Assembly (NCBI GenBank): GCA_000165425.1
Contig: CT868485.1
Coordinates: 186,001-250,000, forward strand
Source of the DNA: Paramecium tetraurelia
Lineage: Eukaryota
Direction: 5' to 3'
DNA length: 64,000 nucleotides
The notes beneath the pieces are model-generated. The model did no database searches. It worked only from the letters and a program-made list of their open reading frames with translations, and was not told where the DNA came from. Positions 51,041 to 64,000 of the stretch are shown piece by piece (position 1 is the first letter of the stretch; each line of letters opens with the position of its first letter). The position numbers were made by a program, and so were the translations under genes.

Positions 51041-51601
51041 TCAATATTTCTTATACAACTCTTATCTCTTCTCCCTATGTACACTTAAATTCCTTTATGA
51101 CCAAAACAGACTTCCCGTAGTAATTAAATCCAATACAAATATTTAATATACTATGGCAAAAGTCCAAAAAGGAGCAGTTCCCATATTAGTTGAGTGTGAA
51201 TAGGTTATCATTGTGGTAACTATTTTTAGGAGAGTGGGTACTACCCACCATTATGATAGAGTTTCAATACATGAATATGAGCATAAAAACAGAAGGATTG
51301 GGAAAGAGTAGTATGTATAATTGAATGGTACTTTTTTGATCTTAATTTATTTTAAGCTTTAAATCATCGAATTTCATCATGTTCTAACCAATCAAAGAGC
51401 CACACAATAAACCATATTTTAAATTTATCCAATCTATACATAATCTAACATTGTAAAAATAAGAGATGTCTTCGAATTTAATACTAAGAACATTATAAAA
51501 ATTGTAAAAGGTGGGACTGTCATGAAACCAAGCAGAACTGAAACTATTCTTGGAGTATTACTTTTCAATATTGGAAGTTTGTTATTATAGTTTTCTGACA
51601 T
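51041..51601 (-). pseudogene. Possible decayed membrane-protein gene
   Basis: Frame MSENYNNKLPILKSNTPRIVSVLLGFMTVPPF... has hydrophobic segments but three in-frame TGA mid-gene; no clean microintron repairs it. Confidence 0.3.
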
Positions 51602-51763
51602 CAATCAAGCTATCTACTTTTGTTCATTAATTTGTTATTCATTTTACTAAACCTTTTAGGTGCTTAGAATATTTATTATTTATATTTGAAAATATTCTTG
51701 AAAACAAGCATATAAATATCTATATATAGATTAACTTTTAATATAGAAATAATATTTGATAAA

Positions 51764-52695
51764 TCACCAAAGAACTATTAGAATCAAGAGTGTGCAAATG
51801 TGTAAAATAGATCCATATATATAAATGTCGCAGGCTCTGTCATATTAATTTGCCTCCTGAGTTGTCACACATTTATTCATTGGTTTATACCAAACACATT
51901 CTGATTCATGAGTGCAGGATATCTCATTTGTATATTAATTACATGAAGCTTCAAAGCAAGAGTTATTTTACCATTGACATCCAAAAATACCATATTCATT
52001 ACATTTGCATTCTTCAGCTAATTATGAGCAACTCAAACAATGATTGTCGCCATTTCTATTTTGAGTGTAAAAGCATTTTTCTGAATTTCTAACACTTTTA
52101 AAACATTCTTCCTAAATTTATAATATTTAGGAATTACCTTATTTAGGACAGCTTTGCAATTATTTGTCAGACATGAATCATTAGACCAAATGCAATCCAA
52201 TCCTTAGATTTGAGACACCAAGCATCTTGATTTTTCAACTATATCAGAACATTAGTTAATTGATGAGCATTTTTCATTCTAATAAATGCATTTCTCTGAA
52301 TTAGTTAATTTGCAATTTGATTTAGTATTATGTGAACAATTTTTGACTTTGCATTATTGATCCCAATGACATTCTACTCCTTAGGGTCTGAGAGTAGAAC
52401 ATGATTCTTAATTGTCAATATCTGAACATTCTTTGACAGATTAGCATCCTTATTAAGAATTGGAACAGAGTTCTCCTTAATAGACTAATCCATCACATGG
52501 AATTTATGAATTTTGGCAGGTTTTTAATTAACATTAATTCTCATGCCAAATACATTCATGACTATGATAACTTGGATTGTCTTACATTCCATTGATTATG
52601 TTTGTGCATTCTGCGGTTGTCAAAGCTTCTGAACATGTTAATGGAGTTGAAGTGATCATTGTGAGTGAGATGAAGAGGAATATGATTGTTTTCAT
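51764..52695 (-). CDS. Cys-rich, predicted GPI-anchored surface protein (mini-antigen / PSA-repeat-like)
   Basis: Signal peptide MKTIIFLFISLTMITS; periodic C-x-W...C...C units; hydrophobic C-terminus GSILHICTLLILIVLW*. Confidence 0.85.
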
Positions 52696-52792
52696 GAGTT
52701 TATTTAATAAATGAATGAGAAGAGAATATTATTTATTATTAATTTAAATAAATACATACATATAGAAAATAAGTAACCATATGAATACATTT

Positions 52793-53576
52793 TCAAAAAT
52801 ATTTGGAATATTTATGTCTGAGACTCTTGTCAATTGATTATTAACACAAAATTCTAACTTTCTCATTCGGATTATTGGTCAATAGAAGTTCAATAACTTC
52901 GAAATGCCTCCATCGCAATGCGGCAACCAATGGATAATCATCAATTTAATTAACCTAAATATAATTCGAATTCTTAATTACTTATACTGAAATATTTTAA
53001 TCGGCACCATATTAAATTAATATTTTACAAACATCTTCGAATCCGTTCTTTGCTGCTATGTATAACGGAGTGAATCCAGACGAATTCTTTTTGTTCACAA
53101 GTCTCAAAGGACTCGTTGGTTCATAGAGGTATCTTTAATATTATTATATAATACCTTTTTGGATCATTCATTATGATTTTTTCAATTTGATCAATAGAAC
53201 TGCCTTTCTCGACATAATAGAAGAGTTCTCTCTCTCTCTTGATCGCTTTCAAAGCATCGCTTAAATCGTCATGGGCTCGTTGTTTTGCAATGTGCTACTC
53301 CTTGTTGATATAATCTATATAAGAGCAGGATCTATATTTGGTTTGATTGCCATTGAAAGTCACTTCATCCTTTTATCTTGTTTTAATTATTTACAGGAGA
53401 TGAAATGGACTTGATCAGAGGCATTTAAAACAATCGAACTGAAAGACACACATTCCTTATTTTCCTCCAATAATTTTTGCTATCGCTTTCGAACATAGGA
53501 ATACTACTTGATTAGCGTATTATTACTCATTCACTAGTTTTGGACAGGGCTGTTCAAAGACTACTTTTTATTTCAT
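52793..53576 (-). CDS. Ankyrin-repeat protein
   Basis: VNKKNSSGFTPLYIAAKNGFEDVCKILIQYGAD and YPLVAALRWRHFEVIELLL; four microintrons. Confidence 0.85.
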
Positions 53577-53655
53577 TTATTGAATATATTTATATAATGT
53601 TGTATGCAACTATTAGTTAATTATAAAGTATTAATATTAAAGTAATTATTATCAA

Positions 53656-54263
53656 ATGTAAAAATATTAGGCAGCAATTATAGGCAAGAAGTCCAACTAA
53701 CCTGACATAAATTGGACTGATTTTAACTGGCCTCCACTTATTAAGATCTTTCATTTCGACTTGAGTGAATTACAAGATCCGTATAAATCATTAGCACGTC
53801 TTCTTTACATTTCCTATCTATTAATATTCGGCACAACATGCTTGAATCTGTTGGATAGCTTTATTTAAGCTGGAGTGGGATATCCCAAAATCAGAATATT
53901 ATATGGATTTCTCAATATCTTCATATTTAACGGAATCCAAATGTACATATTTTACAGAGGATACAAGGGACTGTGTGCTGATTAATCTTTATTAAAATGG
54001 TATAAGATTCTACACGTAATCAATTAAAATAAATTAAGTTGGTGGCTGGAATCTTGTGGTTGATAGTAAGTATCATAGATGCTTTGGGTTGGAATGGGTT
54101 TGTAAGAGCAGCCTACTTTGGAGATCAAGGCGAAGGAGGATTAGTGTTCCTCTCCATCATGGAAAGCTTAGGATTTTTGTTTAGTTTCATTCTAGCTCCA
54201 GTCTGTATTTATAAAGTCCATACCTTTGTGTTTGATACTATAGAAATGACAGATAAATTATGA
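53656..54263 (+). CDS. SCAMP-family membrane protein (short form, no NPF repeats)
   Basis: NWPPLIKIFHFDLSEL followed by four TM segments; one intron. Confidence 0.75.
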
Positions 54264-54502
54264 TATTTTAGAATATGACTTATTTATTATTATCGTCACA
54301 ATCATCATTCTAATTTGAGAGACCCTCTAATATTATACTAATATCCAATATCCTATTATTCTTAAGCAAATTTACATATATATAAACACAATCTAAAAGA
54401 ATACTTGTTAATTGATGCATCAATTAATTCGTACCCATTTAAATTGTATTACTTAGGGAAATTAAACAATTTATTTATTCTGAAAATTAATTAAGAAAAT
54501 AA

Positions 54503-55412
54503 ATGGACTCCAAATAAAATCTGATTTCGTTTTTAGCAGAACTCAAATCTAAGGAGATTAATGACGACACTTATGATTGGTTGGAGAAGCAGATGAACAA
54601 AGGAGATTAAACAATTATTCATTAGTTGATTTTAAATATTGGAGATCATTTCGATGATTAGTAGTATGTATTAAATGCATTTTAAGGATTGATGTACTTC
54701 ATGAAATTTATTAGATTCTCTCAGTAAGATATATGATATCAATCCTAATGTTCTAGTTAAAGAAGTGAAAGAAACTAAGATGACAGCCAAAATATTGGTG
54801 CATTATTTATGTGAAATAGAATTCAACACATGGAATGAATGTGGACTACAACTCTTAGTGTTATCCTTTGATGACAACCATTTTCATCATCAAATTAAAC
54901 AATTGAATAACAAACAATAGCTATAGCTTGTTAATAATATACTAAATTATTTTGCATAAAGTGACAACGCTGAAGTTTTTAGTGTTCTAATTCAAATCTT
55001 GTTTGTGTTTCATGACAATCAGGACGTTGTTACAGTTATTATTCAACATCAGAATGCAAGGTTCTTCTAAGAATTCCTATTGGAATATCTCAATCACACT
55101 AAGAATGATGTCTCCAAACCACTCTTTTTTATTGAAACCATTATGAAGTTAGATAAGGATTTCTTCTACGTCAATGATTTTAAGATCTTACAACAAATCT
55201 CTATTAGACAAGTTTATGATGGAACTGAAAATGAAAGAAGATTGTATTTGAGGAATCTAAAGATTATTATTTAATATGGCAATAAAGAAAACATTTTAGG
55301 AGATGAAATACTAGAAGCAGCTAGAATGGTTCAAATGACTTACACAGATAACTATTGTTTAAAGAAATGTATAAGTATTATTGACAATTTGATGAATAAA
55401 TAAAAATAATGA
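54503..55412 (+). CDS. SPIN90/Ldb17/Dip1-like armadillo domain protein (possible Arp2/3 activator)
   Basis: FQEFLLEYLN...FFYVNDFKILQQISIRQVYD...RRLYLRNLKII resembles the FYxND..L.DI..R motif of the family. Confidence 0.6.
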
Positions 55413-55455
55413 AAATGAATATCTTAAAAATTATTTTAAATTCCATTTGCATTAA

Positions 55456-56912
55456 ATGGCATATCACAAGAAATCTTTTACTTGGTCTCCCTGTGTTTCC
55501 CAAGTGTTAACTAAGACTTGTCTCATCAATCTTAAACCTACCGTCACTCCTAGATAAGGTCCTGTGCATCTGAAAATTGATACTGAAAGAGAATTATAAT
55601 TCTCAAATGATTTAGGATGGAATTGGCACAAAAGCTGGAATATACCAAATCTATCAATTAAATTACATCTTCTAAACGAAGATACACCTTCGTGGATAGA
55701 CTGCTAAGTAGATTTCAAATTTTAAATTAGGCTTAATTGATGGCTGTAAAACTTAAACAAGATGGACTCTATGAAGAAGTAGGCTTGGAGGGAGTTACAT
55801 AGCAAGACCTAATCGATGGAAAAGCCTTTTTCTCGGTATTTTCATTAATCGATTTTTATTTAGGGTGTTAAATTTAACAGCACAACTTACAACCATTAAG
55901 GACATAAGTTTCATTTGATCTTTTTATTGAAAACTTAGAATAACATAATAATTGCACTTGAGTCTCCTCCTGTGTTTGTAGATAGTAGGAAAAGTGCAAG
56001 AGATGAACACAGATAAACACAATTTATTCAACCATTCGAACCAAAATATTTGGAAAGGAATTTTTGTAAGAAAGAGAAGCATTTCAATGATGTAATCTAA
56101 GCTCCCATAGAAAATAATGAAAATGGTTTACACAACTACCTAACTGCTCCAAACATACGTAATAAGGTATAAGATTTTAAGTTATCAACGTATAGATTAA
56201 ACATCCATTATTTTTGGCCCTGAAATTTTCAAAATGCATGGCCATCTATCATTTGAAAACTATGACAACTGACAATCATATGATAGAATTTCAAAAGCAA
56301 TTAAAATAAAAACAAGGATATTCTGAATACATCATTGCCTTTTAATCAAATAACAATAGAATTCGTAAAAAAGTAACTATATGGATTATATTTTAGATTG
56401 AAGAATCCTTAATCTAGTTATTCATTCAAAGTAGCGTAAAAGTTATGGAGAAGAAATATGTTGACGAATCACTCTATCAAAAATTAGATTATGACATCAA
56501 ATCATATTACGCATCCTATAACAAATTAGTGGAAATGATGAACTCAACTAATGCGGAAACATAAATGGAGATTCAACTCGAAGAATAGAATCATTAATAA
56601 ATCTCCTCTTAGAATTAACCCAATCGACAACAACCAAATGGAGAACGAAAGTCAGCATTCAAAAAATTCAATAAAGATTTTGACAAAATGCCAACCAAAA
56701 ACTTTAACGATTTGCAAAATGAATATGATAATATGTAGAAGAAGGTGAAAGTGGAAGAGGAGGTGGACAATGGACAGCCAATGCTGCCTGTTAATGTATG
56801 TATTTAATGTAACTAAAAATAGATTTAAAATTTATTATTGCAAGAATAATTAATAAAATATTACTTATTCTAATAATAATATATGATTAATTTGCTATCT
56901 TAATAGATCTGA
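55456..56912 (+). CDS. Uncharacterised protein with possible p53/NDT80/CudA-like DNA-binding beta-sandwich
   Basis: GKAFFS|GVKFNSTTYNHQGHKFHLIFLL...ALESPPVFVDSRKSARD; several microintrons; Q-rich end. The CDS is well supported; the function is tentative. Confidence 0.65.
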
Positions 56913-57032
56913 ATGTATTAAAATATATTTATGAATAAATAATAATTAAAAGAAAATTTAATATAAATATTGAGTTCTTTCACTGCTCATATAATTTTGA
57001 TATAAGTTATCCCTTTATAATTAAATAAATAA

Positions 57033-58848
<1,816 letters not shown>

Positions 58849-58915
58849 TCTTTCATTTAATTTTGTTTACAATCTTAGTTTCATTATATCTTACATATAT
58901 AAAGTAAAAAATCAT

Positions 58916-60720
58916 TCACAATATTTTTTTTTTATCACTTTTGAAAGCTGATCTAACAATGTTTTTAATCAATGAATAGTGCTCCATATTTTACTCGTTC
59001 GTTTTCTTAGAATAATATCTAAATAGATATATACTATTGAAATTACTTTAGGTGTTTAAAATTAATACTTTTACTCAAAAAATATATCCCATTCAAAATA
59101 GGGTACTACAAATTTTCAATTTATTAGCATTAACTGGATTTAGTAAACGAAAATCTTTCTAATAATTTATAAAAATTATTGCATGATTAGTATAGTTCTG
59201 CAATTTAAACACTTAAAAAATGCTAAAGTATTTTTGATATCAACTTTGGTTGACAACTAAGATATTCAGTAAGACTACCTTTGTTTTTAAATTTTGCTGA
59301 TTGTAAATTCAATTATTGTCTCAATAGGACGAAACAATTAATTTGTGGTAAAATATATAACAAGACACAAAAATAGAAATACACTTATTAATTGAATCAA
59401 GGATATGTAGAATCTTGTTGTCAACTACTATACTAAATTATCGTTATAATCTTCTTAGAATTTGTTAAATTCAGAACTACTGATTAAGCTTTAATAGTAA
59501 ATTAATTTTTACACAACAATCGAAATATTGAAGGAACTAATAGTTTACATGCTAACAAACATATCCTAATTATAGAAAGAATTAAATAGGCAATTTAACT
59601 CTTTTTAATTTGTTTGGTTTTTGCAATTAGAACTGATTGTAACACTGTTTAAGCTTACCCAGTCTTCTTCAGTAAATCCAGTAATAGATGTATTATAGAA
59701 ATATAGAGGTAATTGCTTAGGCGTAATCTTGTAGGGATGCATAACCAATATTCCATCTAAGGTCACTAAATATATTGATGTGAAATCTTAGCCAAATTGT
59801 TAAACTAGATTCGCAATGAGTAGATTAGGAATCAAATCAAAGGCAGCGCCTCCAATTAATTATAAATTGCTATCAACAAATGGCATAGCCATAGATAATC
59901 CTATGTAGATTGATTAGAATACTAAAGTAAAACATAATTAATACATAAATATGGGGATGTCAATGAAAAGTTATAGCGATCATATGGTACATGATTCTGA
60001 AAGTTGCGAATCCCCTCTAAGTACCAACCCCTCTTCTCAGGAATGTAGCTATCGATATCATATCGCTATAAACAAGGATATGTCATTAAGATATTATCGC
60101 TTTTGACATATACTGAGAGTAACTCTTAATATGTTGTCATGCCTTTGTGGATGATTGGTCCAAATGCTTATAATTACTCTTGGGTTTTTATATTAAGGAT
60201 TTCTTCATCTGTTAAGATATCATTAAACTTCGTTTTATTTGTGTAACAAATAAATGAAATAGTTGAGTTATACTTAGATATTTTGTCTGGTGAGATTATA
60301 GCTTGAGGAATATCATTATCTTTTCCTCCGTATAACATATTGAATTAAGGGTTTAGAGGAGACGGTTGACTCTTATTCTTTTTTTTAAGGTAATTATATA
60401 ACTAGAAAACTGATATTAGGGTTTGACCATCTATACATAGAAATTAAAATTTTACTCGTATCAAACAGAGAAGTGAAATAACTTTCGTATTTATTGAGTT
60501 GAGTTTAAATAAAAGCGCTAGAAAGTTTGGTATAAATTTCCTCAGAGGATTGCGTAAAGTAAAATTGCACAAATGCTGAGTGAACATAACTAGCACATAC
60601 GACATATGTAACAATTAAGATAATTAAAAAACTGATGAGAATTAGCAATTAATTCTTAAGTTTCAAATGTTTTAGGCAGCTGAAATTGTGGGTTAGGTTT
60701 TCTTTATTTTCTCTTTTCAT
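58916..60720 (-). CDS. Two-TM receptor-like protein with extracellular double Cache (dCache_1) domain
   Basis: TM1 LLILISFLIILIVTYVVC; YIPEKRGWY, TSPY, LSMAMPF, GGAAFD, IYLVTLDGILVMHP; TM2 LIQLISVFLFLCLVIYF followed by LFRPIE. Confidence 0.82.
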
Positions 60721-60971
60721 TAATATGATTAATATGATTAATAATATGTAATTAGATTAACCTTATAAAATATTAAACTAACCCATGCTTATGAATTAGA
60801 TCTATCACAAATCTTTGTATGGTAACTTTAAATAATTTCCAGTAGTTAAGCCAAGAATAATACTCTTAAATGATTTAATGAAATAAACCCCAATCATTAA
60901 ATATAGTATTTATAAATTCATTAAATAAATTTTAGATAGGATTAATTTTCATTATTATATATTGATAAAAT

Positions 60972-62045
60972 ATGGCAGGAGGGTTAGAGAGAGTTTATGG
61001 AACAGAAGAGGACAAGGTTATAAATTATATCCTAAGAAATAGGTTAATTGCTCATTCTACATCAAAATTGGCGCTTGTCGTTATGAGAATAAATGCCAAA
61101 GAATCCACAGCATTCCTCCCATATCTTAAACCATATTATTCAAAGTAACTTTTCCCTATCATAAATTGTAGCACATGTACTAAAATTCTCCCATCGAAGT
61201 AGCCATTGCCTCTGGTAATGCAGTCTCTTAGGCAGGGATTGAAGAAGCATTAGAAAAGTTTGAAAACTTTTATGAGGATGTGTTTTTAAAGGTATGACTT
61301 ATTCCTATTAATGTATAATAGTTGGCTGAATTTGGAGAGATTGAAGATCTAATCGTGTGTGAAAACATTGGCGATCATCTAGTTGGCAATGTTTATGTGA
61401 AATATACATCGGAATATTATGCGGAAGGCTGTTTCAATGCTTTGCAAAACTTATCTTATGAAAACAAACCATTGTAGATGGAGTACTCACCTGTGCTTGA
61501 TTTCAGCAGTGCTAAGTGCAAATAATATATTGATGGCACATGTTAAAGGTATAAATTTACACTTTTATTCAGAGGAGGAGCTTGCAATTACTTACATCTC
61601 AAGAAGATTGCTACCAAGTTCAAGAAAAGTTTATTCAATTAAATGTATGAAGAGCATCCAGATTTCAGAGAAAAAAAAGAAAAAGAAAATATTGAGTATA
61701 ATTCATTATTATTTTTTTAGAAAAAGTCCCAAGAAACATAAAAAGAAGGAAAAGAAATCCAAAAAGAAGAAGAGTAGCAGCAGTAGGGAATCCAGCAGAA
61801 GAAATTCAATTGAAAGATAAAAAATGATTAATGATTGGAATGAAACCGGAATATAAAATGTAATATAATTGTTTTTAATCATTATTAATTAGGTTTCTTA
61901 AGCATAAAAAATGATGTATGGAAATAATATGCCTGCTCCTGTTTATACTCCTAAAGTATCTATGCGAACAAGTCCAGAGTTATTACAACTTTAACTACAA
62001 TTAGCTGCATTAAAAGAGCAATTAGCTGCTATTAAAATGAGCTGA
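60972..62045 (+). CDS. U2AF1: U2 auxiliary factor small subunit (U2AF35)
   Basis: GTEEDK|VNCSFYIKIGACRY..C..IH; FENFYEDVF; VCENIGDHLVGNVYVKY; second CCCH finger CKQYIDGTCQR|GGACNYLH; several microintrons. Confidence 0.93.
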
Positions 62046-62095
62046 AAACGCTTATGTTATATTTTTTAATAATTATATTATATATATTCTAACCC

Positions 62096-63239
62096 ATGCA
62101 AAGGAAGAATTGGTAACAAGATGTATGTTTTCTACTTAACCCAAATTTAGGAAGATAATGCATTGCTATAGAATTGTTAACAATTAAATTTCAATTGGAA
62201 AAGAGTTTCAAAAAATATGAATTTAATGGGATTCAAAAGATCTGGCAAGTCTTGTAAAGAAAGGTTCTAAAATCAATTAAACCCTCAGATAAATAAAGAT
62301 CAATGGTCACAAAACGAAATTGATAAACTATTTGAGTTATAGATTAAACACGGAAATAAATGGGTAGTTATTTCACTTAGAATTTAGAGAATCATAGCCA
62401 AAGAGCTACCAAATAGAACTGATGGACTCATTAAAAATTATTTCTATTCCCTCGTCCGAAAAGTTCTACGCCGTCTATCTAAAGCGATTAATAGAAATAA
62501 AAATGGTATCAACTATATTCATCTAGGTTCCAAAATGACTAAAACCTTAAAACCTTCGATTATCTCATAGATCTTTTGTACAAATCAAGATGAATCCAAA
62601 TAATCAACAGATAGCTTAGAATTCGCTTATTTATTTAGAAACATTATATTCAAGTATAAAAATTATAACTTGTCTTAATAAATTGATAATGACGACATAG
62701 GCAAAATTAAATTCATATTTCTTACGTTACAAAAATTAAGGTATTTTATTATCTTAATTTAGTGAATCTTATAATTCTGATAATAGTAAACGTTCTGAAA
62801 CTAAAATAAACTAAAAATAAGAAAAATGCAATAATAAAAACTTGAATATTAATATTAATGCAGTATATATTATTTATATTAATTAGGTTATTTTACATAA
62901 AATTAATAATAAACTTCCGATTTTTACTACGAATATGTATCCTCTAGAAAACTTGTATAAGAGATAAGATAATAATTTTGATCCTCCTCAATAAATTAAC
63001 TATTAAGCAAAATCATCTTTTAATACAGACTAAAATCTTAGTAGTGATGGATTTCCTTTCAAACAACCACAGTAATATGTTTTTTATCATCCTATTCCAT
63101 AATATTATTATGTAGATATACTAATATTTTTTAGTCTATGACTTTAAATGCTTATATATAATAACAACAAAACTTAAGAAGTTTGTATAGTTCTTATTTA
63201 TATGAATCAAATAAAGTCAAGCAAGAAAATGAAGAATGA
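62096..63239 (+). CDS. R2R3-type Myb transcription factor
   Basis: WQQD|EDNAL...WKRVS...RSGKSCKERFQNQLNPQINKDQWSQNEIDKLFELQIKHGNKW|RIIAKELPNRTDGLIKNYFYS. Confidence 0.9.
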
Positions 63240-63462
63240 TTCGTTCTAATGTAACAGGCTTTTATTATGTTTATTATTATCTAAATTCACATTCTTCAAA
63301 TTTCGATCTTAATTTCAATTACAATGAAATTGATTATTAATTAACTGATCTAATTAAATGAAGCTCATTCTAAGTAAATCTGTAGAAAGAATATCTTATA
63401 ATTTAAATTAAATTTATAATTAATTTATTCAAAATTTATTACTTATTTTAAATACTTCTTAC

Positions 63463-64000
63463 TCAAAATATTTTACTTTTGGATAGGCATTTTGCATCAT
63501 AACTTTTATTACATTTCTAACATGGCTTAACATTAGGTTTTTCCAATTCTTTTCTTAAATATTCATATTTCTTATTGGATTCTTATAACTTTTATTCAAT
63601 ATATCTATTTTTCTATTTATCTTTAGCTTTTATTTCTAATTATTATTTGTATTGTTAATTCAATTCTTCAATGTATTACAATTTCTTTTAAACCTCTTGA
63701 TTTTGCTCACTCTCTTCTCTGTTTTGTATTTGCTTATTGATTAATTCACAATTCAATCTATATTCTTCTGCAGTCATTATCCTCTCATTTCTCTAAATTA
63801 TTGAATAATCATACTTTTTTTTCCTTTTGCTCTTAAATGGCTTTCTATAAGTACTTTGAATATTAAGTTTCTATCATTCTTTTTTTTCCTTGCTCTGCTA
63901 ATTTAATTTATTAATCTAACTAATGTTAATAATCTGCTTGCTATCTTTCTTATTTTTTTCTTTGTTTTTCTTACTCAATTAAGACAGATTCTTTCATTTT
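63463..64000 (-). CDS. 3' end of an E/K/Q/R-rich coiled-coil protein (partial)
   Basis: Open code-6 frame from the right edge ending KPCQKCNKSYDAKCLSKSKIF*. Confidence 0.7.

Noticed and set aside
51234..51248. Perfect inverted repeat GTGGGTA-C-TACCCAC
   Set aside because: Single short palindrome with no supporting context; compatible with chance in 64 kb.
51340..51400. In-frame TGA codons as possible selenocysteine or readthrough
   Set aside because: Three TGAs lie in a non-redox context with no SECIS-like structure noticed; decay or mis-framing is simpler.
51153..51690. ~180-codon plus-strand open frame starting MAKVQKG
   Set aside because: No recognisable features; it mirrors a more protein-like but broken minus-strand frame.

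Overview
This window is very AT-rich, gene-dense ciliate macronuclear DNA, most likely Paramecium. TAA/TAG read as Gln (genetic code 6), TGA is the only stop, and genes carry tiny 21-34 nt GT-AG introns, so the supplied standard-code ORF track is fragmentary and partly spurious. Hand translation with code 6 gives about 35 protein genes. These include an acyl-CoA ligase, V-ATPase subunit a, a Nudix CoA diphosphatase, an LSm/NAA38-like protein, a phosducin-like protein, two Mybs, NEK and NDR kinases, a STE11-like pseudokinase, a stand-alone zf-PARP protein, a short DHHC, SPEF2, a 2519-aa NACHT-pentapeptide-WD40 protein, a PAF-AH-like hydrolase, a stefin, a bZIP, a Cys-rich GPI surface protein, an ankyrin protein, SCAMP, a SPIN90-like protein, a dCache receptor and U2AF35. 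Three observations stand out. The NACHT-WD40 protein begins with a ubiquitin-like LRGG followed by a masked myristoylation signal GCGTTK. Two tandem genes overlap as ATGA behind a run of nine A's. A Cache-domain receptor carries the bacterial amino-acid-binding motif. All translations and family calls are by eye and from memory; no database search was run. I recognised no rRNA, tRNA, transposon or telomeric repeat.
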